A DNA stretch of 20,000 nucleotides from Catajapyx aquilonaris. Taxonomy: Eukaryota. Position 1 is the stretch's first letter. Every line of letters starts with the position of its first letter. The stretch is taken from positions 61,579-81,578 of the forward strand of contig JYFJ02001400.1 in the NCBI GenBank assembly GCA_000934665.2. The letters are read 5' to 3'. This document shows positions 10,708 through 20,000 of the stretch, piece by piece. The position numbers and the translations under genes are program-made. Below the pieces are notes generated by a model, which was not told the DNA's origin, did not search any database, and saw only the letters and a program-made list of their open reading frames with translations.

Positions 10708-11016
10708 CAGTACTCCCGATTATCCAGGTGCTGATTATTATCTGTGTATCGCCAAGAAAAAGACTTTTGAAGTAAAGGTCCTAAAGAATGTAAATATGTC
10801 TTCCAAACAAAGAAGCATAACAGAATTTTTTCAGGAGACAAATTAAAAATATATGGTACGTTTCATTATTTTGATTAAACATTATTTAAAGCAGCATATG
10901 TTATGTAAAAACCTGTAAATAGCTCGCTGTTACGGTATCTAGGACCATATTTGGATTCTTCGTGTGTTTTGATTATGATTCTACATTCAGTGGCACAGAT
11001 AATTGGGAGTGCAGTG
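10708..11016. mobile_element. Degenerate pogo/Tigger-like MITE (~310 bp)
   Basis: TA-cagtactcccgattatcc at the left and gataattgggagtgcagtg-TA at the right form imperfect TIRs with TA flanks. Confidence 0.55.
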
Positions 11017-11089
11017 TATGACGCTTACTGTATTTTGCTGATTGACAACATGCACCTTTTCTACCACCCAGTGTAGAAATTGTACAAAG

Positions 11090-11434
11090 GCTGATAATAA
11101 TTTCTTGCCTCCATGGACGTACAATGTGTAATACTTATCACAGGACAGCAACATCAATTCTTCAAAATGATCCATTTACTTTTCTACATAATCACCACCG
11201 ACAGTATTAATACACTTGTGCCGACAATGTGCCGGTATTTGTTCTATGCCAATGGAAGGAAAGAACTAGTACATCATTAGCACAAATGTATTGCTGTATC
11301 TGGTGATTTAGATTATGTAGAAAAGTAAATCTGCGGTTTTGAAGGGGACATTCCAGGCTTTTATTTGATGTCTCCTGCATTATCCTGTGATATGTATTAC
11401 ACATTCTATGTCCATGGAGGTGAAAATTATCAGC
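11090..11434. mobile_element. Old palindromic (foldback) MITE remnant
   Basis: cctccatggacgtacaatgtgtaatacttatcacagga pairs with tcctgtgatatgtattacacattctatgtccatggagg; atttacttttctacataatc pairs with gattatgtagaaaagtaaat; centre near 11255. Confidence 0.75.
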
Positions 11435-12097
11435 ATGCCCTCATACGAGTGTCATAACATGATAATTAAGATGATATCAAGTTTGAGTATGTCCTGTTTT
11501 CTTGCTCATAGCACTGTACTGGGTGGCGTGCACTTGCTCTTAGAGAAGTACACACCTCTCACACCACCCTGTACAAAGCAAGTTTCCAAGAGTGAGTCCT
11601 CTCCCTGCAAGGAAGGCATCGCAGAATCTGTCCAGCATAAAATAAGGTCCAAGTCCAGCATCACATTCAGTGTGACAGCTCGCCTGTACAGTCACAACCC
11701 TGATGGAGAAGGATCATCAAGGAGCTACCATGCATCGGGACAGATGCGTCCCCACATTTCAGTGCCCTAGATAGGGTTAGCCATTCCCAGTGTCCCTGAG
11801 CTGTCGCCAAAGACAACTTTCATTGCATCTCAGCCTGGACTTGTACCTTGGACTTGTGCTTGGTCATTCAATGTTCCTGTAAGCCATTTTGTATGTGCAG
11901 CACAGTACTGGCATCCCTCCTGCATTGCAAGTGTTACCTGAGCTCTAGAGATTAAGTTAATTTAGATTAAATTGTTGTACAAGACTGCTGCAGTATTAGG
12001 AATCAGTTGTGGTTTATTGATATTAGATGGCGAAAGATGATCGCTAGTATCCTTGAAAATTTTAGGTGAGCTGTCTGAAAATCTATGCTGGATTGTA

Positions 12098-12261
12098 CAG
12101 TGTATTGTGCTCCTTTTAGTTATCACAGATATTGGCCAAAGTTGCCAATCAGTGCGCCCAATTATTCCTAGGTGTGGTTGAATAATTATGGCATTGCTAT
12201 TAAAAGGGAATCTCGATTGGGAAACAAAAAGGAAAGTTCCGATAACTAAAAGGACCCCCTG
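12098..12261. mobile_element. Short Tc1/mariner-like MITE remnant
   Basis: tccttttagttatc (12111-12124) / gataactaaaagga (12241-12254) perfect 14-bp inverted pair inside TA-CAG ... CTG-TA ends. Confidence 0.45.
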
Positions 12262-12876
12262 TACTTGGAAAGTTTTGGTTTCACTGCAGTTGTATTTCCT
12301 TTTCCTCGACCTTTGTTGTGTAAGGGTGGACGCTCTGAAAATTCCATCCATCAGTTGAACTAGAGTTGCCATTTGTATCCATCCATTGTTATTAGTGTTT
12401 GTAGTCAGAGTATGGATTTTATATACAGTCAAATGATGCTAGTGTGTGGCACCTTGGCTCCAGTGACTTGTCCAGTTGGATGTGATTGTTAGATTAGATT
12501 TGGAGGTCTGGCCAAGCCAAGTGATGTGTATGAAAAGATGAAAAGAATATTATTCTTGTTTCAAATTAATATAATTATACGGAGATGTGTTATTTATAAA
12601 GGCACTATGAGAAGATTTTATTATGTAGCAATGGTGACATGCAGTCAAGCTTGCTTGATGTATGGGTCACTACGAGTCACTAGTACAGATTGGCTAGTTT
12701 TTTCAAAATAGTTCTTCTTTCTACAGCGTTACTTTTTAAAATGATGTAGTGCAGAAGATATGAACTTGCAAAGTTTATGGTAATGTGAAGAGAGAGTCAG
12801 TGAGTTGTAGTTCTTTTCATGTACCGGTATACTAAGAGTCATATTATGAAGCGTATAGCTATCAGTGGAGTAAGGC

Positions 12877-13595
12877 CATGAATTATGTGACCCCTGGTTT
12901 TGCCTAATTATTATGACTTCCATCCACCTCGCCAACGTGCAGCAATGCAACCTCCAATTATTCCAATCTGCTCTGCCGTTTCCTTCTCTCGTGTCAATGA
13001 CAGTGCATTTCCAAAGCAACATGCGAGTGCGAAAAGATGACTCAGTTTCGATTGGTCTTGAAAGTGATTGGACTGCCAGATATGTTTACATTCATGAGAT
13101 TAAATTTTTAAAGGGTTGCATATTGGTCGCTAAATCTGACAAGTTGCACATTGCAACATGCCATTTGAAAGCATGTCGCACCGTACAATCAGTATTTTTG
13201 GCTATCATGATTACCATAAGCGCAAGTGCCAGTTTTGGTGAACAATATGTGATTTGAATAATTTGGTGTAATGTGCCAGGGCTGTGAAATTTTTTTAAAG
13301 ATATCTGCACGCTCACTTCGCTTACTGTGGCAATATGAAGTTCGAAGAATCCGTAATTATTATACAACTTTTACCTTCTCCATTCACACTATTGCGAATT
13401 TTTAGCACCAGAAGAGATGTTATGATGCTGATTCCATAAATAAAGCTTAATTGGAAATTTATCACCTGAGACTTTGAAATAGATTGGTCTTGTTCTATTG
13501 GGTCGTTAAATGATTTAGACATGCAATACAAGAAATTTAATGGTTGCTAAGACAGAAGAGAGATATACTAGCTCCCGAGGGTCACATAATTTATG
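12877..13595. mobile_element. Possible TIR element remnant (~720 bp)
   Basis: catgaattatgtgaccc (12877-12893) vs gggtcacataatttatg (13579-13595), 16/17 inverted match; no clear TSD. Confidence 0.45.
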
Positions 13596-16477
13596 TTCTG
13601 CACACAATTATTTTTAGTGTTGTCAGCTATGTGCAATGTTAGTAATGTTGTGGCAGGAAAACACAAGGCGTGCTCAATGTGAGTTGCTACTCGAGTTTTT
13701 ATCCGGAACTCAGGTCAGATACTCCTATATTTTGTAATCTGTTTGTATTTTAAAAACTGGGAGACTTTACAGTCCCTGTGTACTCGATAGTCCCCATTTT
13801 GGTTCTGTAATAAAGTACAAAGTGTAATTGCCATGATACCTGTTGGTTATTTTTGAATGATTTTAAACACCCGCTATAGGCTGTTTTTCTAGGCAATAAT
13901 AATTAGCACATCGTTTCTGCCAGTGGATTCTGCAGTGACAGGTGCGTTGATTGCAACTTCGGAAAAGGGTGCAGCATTATAAACATATTCTTCCCAGCAG
14001 AGCGTCGTCATGTCGGCAGGGAAACTTGTTGTAGAGGACACACATCCGGTGCTCAAGGCATGGCGGGAACCCAACTTTGCTGTGGTGTTGGGGCTTGCCT
14101 GCTCTGACAACTCCCAGGAACCAAATCAGTGGTAGCTTCGTCTACTGGCCCAATCATCCAAGCCGGAAAGGTCTTTTCGGGTATGAGACTGGCAGAAGAC
14201 ACCAGCATTTCTTCTCTTCCTTCTGTCTTGGTGTATCTCTCCATCTGTCCCCTCTTCTCTGTGTGTCTTTGAAGAGCCAAACAGCCTTAGTAGCTTTGGC
14301 TTATTCTGACCCAAATGTTGCAGGAATTCATGTCCGTCATGCAAAAAGAAGCAATGCTGTCCAAAATAAGTTTAAAAATGTAACAAAAACGCACTCCTGT
14401 TACTTCAATTTTCAATTCCTGCTTCAGCCAATGTTATTAATCTGTAGATGACCACCAGGCAGTAGCACTGAAAATTGGGATGAACAGCTAAGATTATCAT
14501 CATTTTCCGGTCTATGCAACTGCTACGGTCTATGGTTGTCACTGCTGAAACACTTACGAAGCCACTATATTAATAATTTATTGCCATATAGCCCATCCAA
14601 CACTCTGAAATTTGCAGAATTCGAGTTTACTGTAGGTAAAATAAAATTAGTTTTTAATGTAGAATACCAAAATTGGACACTTCCAGTAATAGAATGTACT
14701 ATGCAATGTGTCGGTCTGCGTGTATTTTGAGGTGTGTAGTGACATGACTTCCTCCAGAAGTCGGTAGCCTCTTGCCTTAACAAATGACACCCCAAATAAC
14801 ACTGCCAATCTCCCACTTTATGGACATAAATTTTACATGATAGTTATTCTCTTTCGACCTATGAACACTCAAGTGCAAAGCGGTAGGACAATCACACGTC
14901 TGTATTGCAGAGAAACACAAAATGGACCACTTAGGGAGGGGAAAAATATCCTGCAGCTCTTTGGATGCACAGCCTGGAAAAGCTGTTCGTTAGGCCAGTT
15001 GTCTTTGGTTGCTTACTGCAAATTGTAGTAACTCTTAACTCCATCAGAAAATTAGCCTGCAAAACTGCAATGAAGATGGGAATAATTTGTCCATAGGGAT
15101 TTGAGCATGTAAATGTAAGAATAAAAGTTGGGACAGGTTCAAGATGTGCCCCAAGAAATGAAAAGACACCAAAAAAACACCCACCCGGAAATAAAGTATT
15201 CTGCGGAAGTGGACAGATAAAGTGGTGGATTTATTAACTGTTCTCTGTTTGTTTTTCTTGTGCTATGCTTACAATTGAAGTACTAAATAATTTTTTTTCA
15301 AGTGGGGGACAGGAGAAAGCAAGCAAAAAGAAATAAAAGCCCAGTGGCAAACACGTGGAGAAAAACAAAGTCACAGGAAAATTTAAGAAAACTGCTTAAT
15401 AATGGAAAACATGGAAAAGCAGCACAACGCTAAAAAAAAAATGCAGTCAGCTTTTCGTACTGACAATTTACCTACGCGATGGAAAAACAAAAAACAGTTC
15501 GGTTTCCAGGCACTTTTTTGACACATTAAAAACCAGCGTGTGTAAAAAGAGGTCGAGAAATGGCACTGCTACAAAAATTATAATAATATCAATCAAATAG
15601 TATAATAATTATTAGTTTGGTTCCCACAGGCAATCATCACACTTTTGGCCATCTAAATTTTAATTGGTCTCCACACAACACAACTACAGGCCTTTTGCAA
15701 TCACACGTCATGCTTTTCCATACAGCTTGCAAAACACATCATTTAAAAAATTCCCCACCTCTCTAATTATTAAATGGTGTGCTTTTTTTTTCACTTCACA
15801 CAATAGATGTCCATTCTCCATAGCGTGCAAAAAAAAATATTCACTGATGGTTTGTAAACGTATAAGGTCGGCAAGGGAGGAGGCGGGCGGTGAAAAGGTG
15901 GAAACCATTGCATTGCACTTGCACTCAATCCATTTGCTTTTTAAACGTCATTTTTGGTTTTATACGAATGCATACAAAGGTTGGTGTTTTAATCTTCTTT
16001 TTTGAAATCGGTCTTTTTCTACACCAAAAGACAAACAAGCCATGAGACGGTTTTTTGAAAGTCCTTTTAAAAAATGGCAGAAACTGCAGTTAGGGGGGGG
16101 GGGGNATAAATAATAGAGTAGAAAAACAGCCTATTTGGGAGTGTCGTGTTGGGAATCAGGTCGACGGGATAAGGATAGGAGAACTTGTGACCTTTCGCAC
16201 CTTCCAGAGGTCAAGGAAGCAACCAGTCTCCTTTTTAAACTGACCAAAATAATTAGAGGAAGTCATACAGGAACCACTATCTTAGGATCGTTTCCTGAGA
16301 GGAAAAAAAAAACACCTACCACAGTTAAAAAAAAAAACAATTTCAATCACTGTCAAAAGGTTGCAGTGGACACGAAATAACACAATCATCCGCGGGGGGG
16401 ATCACTCGCGCACTACTTGATGGCAAATCCTTCTTTTATTTTCCAATTCAAAACTCGCCTGCGGAAGGGCGAACCAC

Positions 16478-16690
16478 TCATAAGAGCTTCTCAGTGACAG
16501 AACTGGCGGTGGTGCAGGAACTGATGGTGGAGGTGGGCGGGTCCTCTTCCTCCTCCTCTTCGTCTTCCCCAGCAGGATCGGAGGAGGAGAGCTTCTTCCG
16601 ACCTCGAGGATCGGCCGAGACCTCCGCAGTGGCCACACTCGCGGCTCCTCCCACTGCTCCAACTCCTGCGCCCCCGCCGGGAAGTAGTTG
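16478..16690 (-). CDS. Putative stop-codon readthrough extension of ABHD17 (70 codons: QLLPGGGAGVGAVGGAASVATAEVSADPRGRKKLSSSDPAGEDEEEEEEDPPTSTISSCTTASSVTEKLL*)
   Basis: In frame with the ABHD17 TGA, context TGA-CAA-CTA, open to a second TGA at 16480-16478. The GC-rich, coding-like composition ends shortly after the second stop. Confidence 0.7.
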   Translation of the reverse strand, partial: QLLPGGGAGVGAVGGAASVATAEVSADPRGRKKLSSSDPAGEDEEEEEEDPPTSTISSCTTASSVTEKLL

Positions 16691-16774
16691 TCAGTTGACC
16701 AGTTCCACTGTCACAAATTGCTTCAACCTCTCTAGATACTGGTTGTACAGTTCCACGTCATTGTGCCCTGCTCC
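16691..16774 (-). CDS. ABHD17: ABHD17 coding exon 3 [27 protein letters not shown], contains the catalytic His
   Basis: Acceptor tttcag|GGA, phase 0, 84 nt ending in TGA at 16693-16691. Matches the family C-terminus [21 protein letters not shown]. Spliced total is 295 aa. Confidence 0.96.
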   Translation of the reverse strand, partial: GAGHNDVELYNQYLERLKQFVTVELVN

Positions 16775-16923
16775 CTGAAATGGAATAGGGTCGTTAAAAA
16801 CAGACCACACCAAACAAGATTGGCAAATCACATGGGCGTGATTAGAGTAGACTTTTTCATGTTTACTGTCTTATAGCGTTCTATAAGACTTTTTTCTTCG
16901 AAAACGTCTAAAACTGCAAAAGG

Positions 16924-17453
16924 ATCCCTTCCAGGATTGATTTTGCAGCGTTCCACAATAATTTTTAATGTAAGTTGTTCCTCATAATATTACTCGTAGA
17001 TGAAAAAGTGAAACTCAGTTTTTAAATATTTGTCCTTTGAGTAGGGAAAACCTGGCCTCAAAAGTCGATATTTTTTTTTGAATGGGAATGACCACCCAAA
17101 GAATTGGCCAGAATCAACTATTGTGTGAAAAATTAATCATAAAAACTTCGGAAGCTTTTTAGTGCCTGCTGTGGCCATTTTCCATTTTTTAAAAAATATT
17201 TGAAATGGCCACAGCAGGCACTAAAAAGCTTCTGGAATTTTAACATTAATTGTTCAGACAATCATTGATTATGGCCTATTCTTTAAAGTGCAACAAAATT
17301 GCAAATTCTCAGACTTTTTGAGCCCAGGTTTTCGCTACTCAGGGGGACATATTTTTAAAAACTGTGCTTCACTTTTTCATGTAATATTATGAGGAACAAC
17401 TTCCAATAAAAATTATTATTGCGGAACACTGCATAATCAATTCTGAAAGGGAT
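16924..17453. mobile_element. Foldback MITE filling most of the ABHD17 last intron
   Basis: Arms 16924-17180 and 17203-17453 are inverted copies, with a perfect 30-bp core (17151-17180 / 17203-17232) around a 22-nt loop. Confidence 0.85.
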
Positions 17454-17515
17454 GCATTCAGATTTCATCGGCACAAATTAAACTTCAAATGCAAAAAAAT
17501 GTGGGCGCTATTTAC

Positions 17516-17648
17516 CTCCACCCATAGGGGCTCGACGGCCCGTGGACACTTCTCGTAGATGGCCAGGCCATGGGAGAAGTCGATGACCTCATCTTCAGTT
17601 CCATGGATGACCAGCACTGGCGAAGTCACTTTCGGCACTTTGTCAATA
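17516..17648 (-). CDS. ABHD17: ABHD17 coding exon 2 (S)[44 protein letters not shown], contains the catalytic Asp region
   Basis: Manual translation of the minus strand. Acceptor ttttggcag|T completes AG+T=Ser, 133 nt, donor GAG|gtaaa. Matches the conserved ABHD17 [15 protein letters not shown] motif. Not in the ORF track. Confidence 0.96.
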
Positions 17649-18550
17649 CTGCCAAAAAAAAATTCGTCATCAGCAAAAAATTTAATCCAGCAAGATTGTC
17701 AGATTATTTCTAGATGGGTGGCGGCGGGATCAAAATCCTGGTCAAAGTCCAGCATTTCCCTTTCATAACTTGCAAAGGCGGATTATAGAGTTGGGTGGAT
17801 GCTAATTATTCACGAATCGCTTTTTGGACAGGGGCCAGGAGCACACCTGTTCAATGCAACCTTCACCTCCCAAGATCTGCATGTTGCCAGATACTTGCAG
17901 AGATAAAGGGTGATGAAACTTGTGGCCAAGAATACATTCCGGAATTTGTTAAAACCACATGTAAAATTACACCCTCAGAATTATTGCAAGCATTTTCAAT
18001 CTCGGCAATACACAACACATCAATGCTGATGGAACCGGTACATGCCCAGATTAGATTATTCTTGCTGAAAGATTAGATAGGGTGTATTATTAGACTTTTT
18101 AAAAAGACCTGTGCGAAATGTGGCCGGCAATTATTATTTGGGATCACATGGCTTTGAAAAGGGAGTGTGCAATCAGACATTTTATTCGTTGCAGTCACAG
18201 TTAAAGGACAATTTTCTTTACAGTCTACCAACATTTTCGAAGTGTTTAATATGCCGGTGTGATTTGCCAAGTATTATTACTGCAGCAGTACAAAATCCTA
18301 GGCATATCGCTCTAGCCGCAGTGGAACTTAAAAAACCTTTAAATGTGACTATTGTGACTAGAACACAATAGCTCATGGCAATAATATGCACTCGACCTCC
18401 TTAGCGGCACTTTCTTCCCTATGTACCGACTGGCTATTGTGTCACAGTCGAAACTGCTCCATAGAAAAATTACTCTTTATGCAAAAAAAAACACACAGTA
18501 AGCTCAATACGTTTTAGAATTTTTAAACCTGAAGTATGCTAAAACAAATC

Positions 18551-18666
18551 CTGCGTTTACATGCGAGCATTACATGTGTGCAATAACCAATTGTTTGGGG
18601 CGAAAGTAACAATCGCCCCAAACAATTGGTTTCATTGCTGAGCAAATCGCTCGCATGTAAACACAG
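18551..18666. mobile_element. PIF/Harbinger (Tourist)-like mini element forming a hairpin in an ABHD17 intron
   Basis: Ends ctgcgtttacatgcgagc / gctcgcatgtaaacacag; inner perfect 19-bp stem 18585-18603 / 18613-18631 with a 9-nt loop. Confidence 0.75.
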
Positions 18667-18785
18667 CTCTATTCTTCCATTTCTCTGAGCACTCGTAATG
18701 CTTTCATTATTATTATTTACTGCTCAGATCTTAATTTGGCAAGATGCAACCTATAGTGTAAACTCAGTAAATAAAGGACAATTAC

Positions 18786-19456
18786 CTGGGGAAGGCATCG
18801 AAGAACCAGGTGCGCTTGGTGTTTGGGAAGGCCACCCTCATCCCGGACATGAGTGGCGAGTGCAGTATGACTGCTCCGACCTCGTACCTGGAGGCCAGGT
18901 CAACAGTCGGCACAGTCCCGATGCTCTGTCCATACAGGATGATGTTCTCTGGCGATATCCCATACCTGGTTCGAAGCGCGTGCCACGCAGCGTCTATGTC
19001 CGCATACAAATTCTTCTCCGAGGGCTTACCAGTGCTGACCCCATATCCCGCGTAATCGTAGCTGAAGATATTGCAGTTTATCCTGGATCCAAGTCCCAAG
19101 TAAAAGCTGCTCATCTGTCCCAAATCGACCGCGTTCCCATGTGAAAACAGGATGGTGAAGCGCGCAGACGGCGTGCACCGGACGAACATGCAGGCGATCC
19201 GGTTTCCCCGCAACGTCCGTGAGAAGAAGACTTCAACATTGTCCTTCTCCCTCTCAGAATATTGCCATTCCGCCTTTTCGGTCAGTTCCAAATGGTGCTT
19301 TGATCCCCCGCCTCCCACCGGGTCGCCTGAGGGTGCCTCCGGGACAAACTTGTATGTGGGCTCAGGCGGAAGGAAGGCCAGCTTGGCCGCAATGCGGGAC
19401 GGGAAGGGCGGACAGCAGAACAGGCAGCACAGCTCGCTCAGGCTGAGCCCGTTCAT
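18786..19456 (-). CDS. ABHD17: ABHD17 (FAM108)-family alpha/beta-hydrolase protein depalmitoylase, coding exon 1 (223 codons + 2 nt)
   Basis: [36 protein letters not shown]-terminal palmitoylated Cys cluster, [21 protein letters not shown], nucleophile elbow YGQSIG, ending [10 protein letters not shown]|gtaat (phase-2 donor at 18785). The true ATG is at 19456; the ORF track starts 4 codons earlier at a GTG. Confidence 0.97.
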
Positions 19457-19514
19457 AGTGCGGCACACTCACGACTAATGCGGCTCCACCTTTGCAAATA
19501 AAAACAGAGAGTCA

Positions 19515-19671
19515 TGACCCCCTGATGACCTCCCACATGATGACCTCTCACCAGTGTTGCAGGTCACCGTCCCCTCCGGTCCACGCCCCTCAGGGTCAGC
19601 TGATCATTGTTGGGCCTCATCCTCCGTCCCCCTCCCCTCCCACCCCCGCCCCAGAGGATGACCTTTGACCT
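19515..19671. promoter_or_regulatory. Cluster of seven RGGTCA nuclear-receptor half-sites including a perfect DR1
   Basis: Half-sites at 19515, 19526, 19541, 19561, 19593, 19659 and 19666; TGACCT-T-TGACCT at 19659-19671. Confidence 0.6.
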
Positions 19672-19942
19672 GGCGGCGCAGGCACCCCCAGTGCCTTTCC
19701 CACTCCTCTTCCGATGGCCTCCTCGACCCGAGGGTGTTTCTTTCTCTGTTGCTCTCCGCCTGTCAGACCACCATTATTGTTACTCGGAGCAGGGGTGCCA
19801 GGCGGAGGAGGGCGCTGCTCGGAAGGGTGGAAGGACACTTGCCCCGGTTAACAACCACTGTTGGTGCACAATTAATGTGGAATAATTACAAGTCAAAATG
19901 TATGATTGAACGTACTTAATGAAGGATTCGATTTGCGGGATG

Positions 19943-19969
19943 GTGACGTCACATCCGGACCGCGGAAGT
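19943..19969. promoter_or_regulatory. CRE palindrome GTGACGTCAC plus adjacent ETS-like CGGAAGT near the probable ABHD17 promoter
   Basis: TGACGTCA at 19944-19951 and cggaagt at 19963-19969 in CpG-rich sequence 5' of ABHD17. Confidence 0.45.
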
Positions 19970-20000
19970 TCAAACGCCCGAAGCGGCACAGTTGGCCTAC

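Noticed and set aside
11962..12432. 156-aa minus-strand ORF
   Set aside because: No recognisable motif, non-ATG start, and it spans a MITE remnant; likely a chance ORF.
16481..16492. Peroxisomal PTS1 or dileucine sorting signal at the end of the extension (EKLL)
   Set aside because: KLL does not fit [SAC][KRH]L, and the acidic residue spacing does not fit [DE]xxxL[LI] or DxxLL.
16691..16693. Selenocysteine recoding of the ABHD17 UGA
   Set aside because: The UGA sits at the normal family C-terminus rather than a Cys-equivalent site, ABHD17 is not a known selenoprotein, and I saw no convincing SECIS (not computationally searched).
16402..16778. ORF-track entries 16402-16662 (-) and 16494-16778 (+)
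   Set aside because: Shadow frames of the GC-rich ABHD17 last exon and extension; only the frame continuous with ABHD17 has supporting context.
1..20000. CRISPR array, tRNA/rRNA genes, autonomous transposase or reverse transcriptase ORFs, prokaryotic operons
   Set aside because: None seen; repeats are inverted rather than regularly spaced direct repeats, and the genes have spliceosomal GT-AG introns.

Overview
Eukaryotic (animal, probably arthropod) genomic DNA with two convergent intron-containing genes separated by AT-rich, transposon-derived sequence. Minus strand: a complete three-coding-exon ABHD17/FAM108-type protein depalmitoylase (19456-18786, 17648-17516, 16774-16691; 295 aa). Plus strand: an unrecognised, largely disordered protein of about 1010-1040 aa (probable exons 1990-2085, 2193-3839, 4248-4446, 8597-9768) with PPxY and RDPR motifs, a basic NLS and a C-terminal CxxC-x20-CxxC module. 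The strongest signal is probable programmed stop-codon readthrough in ABHD17. Its UGA stop is followed by CAACUA (the CARYYA leaky context), then a hand-folded stem of about 25 bp starting 7 nt after the stop, and a 70-codon GC-rich in-frame extension. The window also holds many non-autonomous DNA transposons (inverted-repeat MITEs), including a nested stack with intact target-site duplications, and a dense cluster of nuclear-receptor half-sites with a perfect DR1 just upstream of the ABHD17 start. All alignments and folds were done by eye; no database searches were run.
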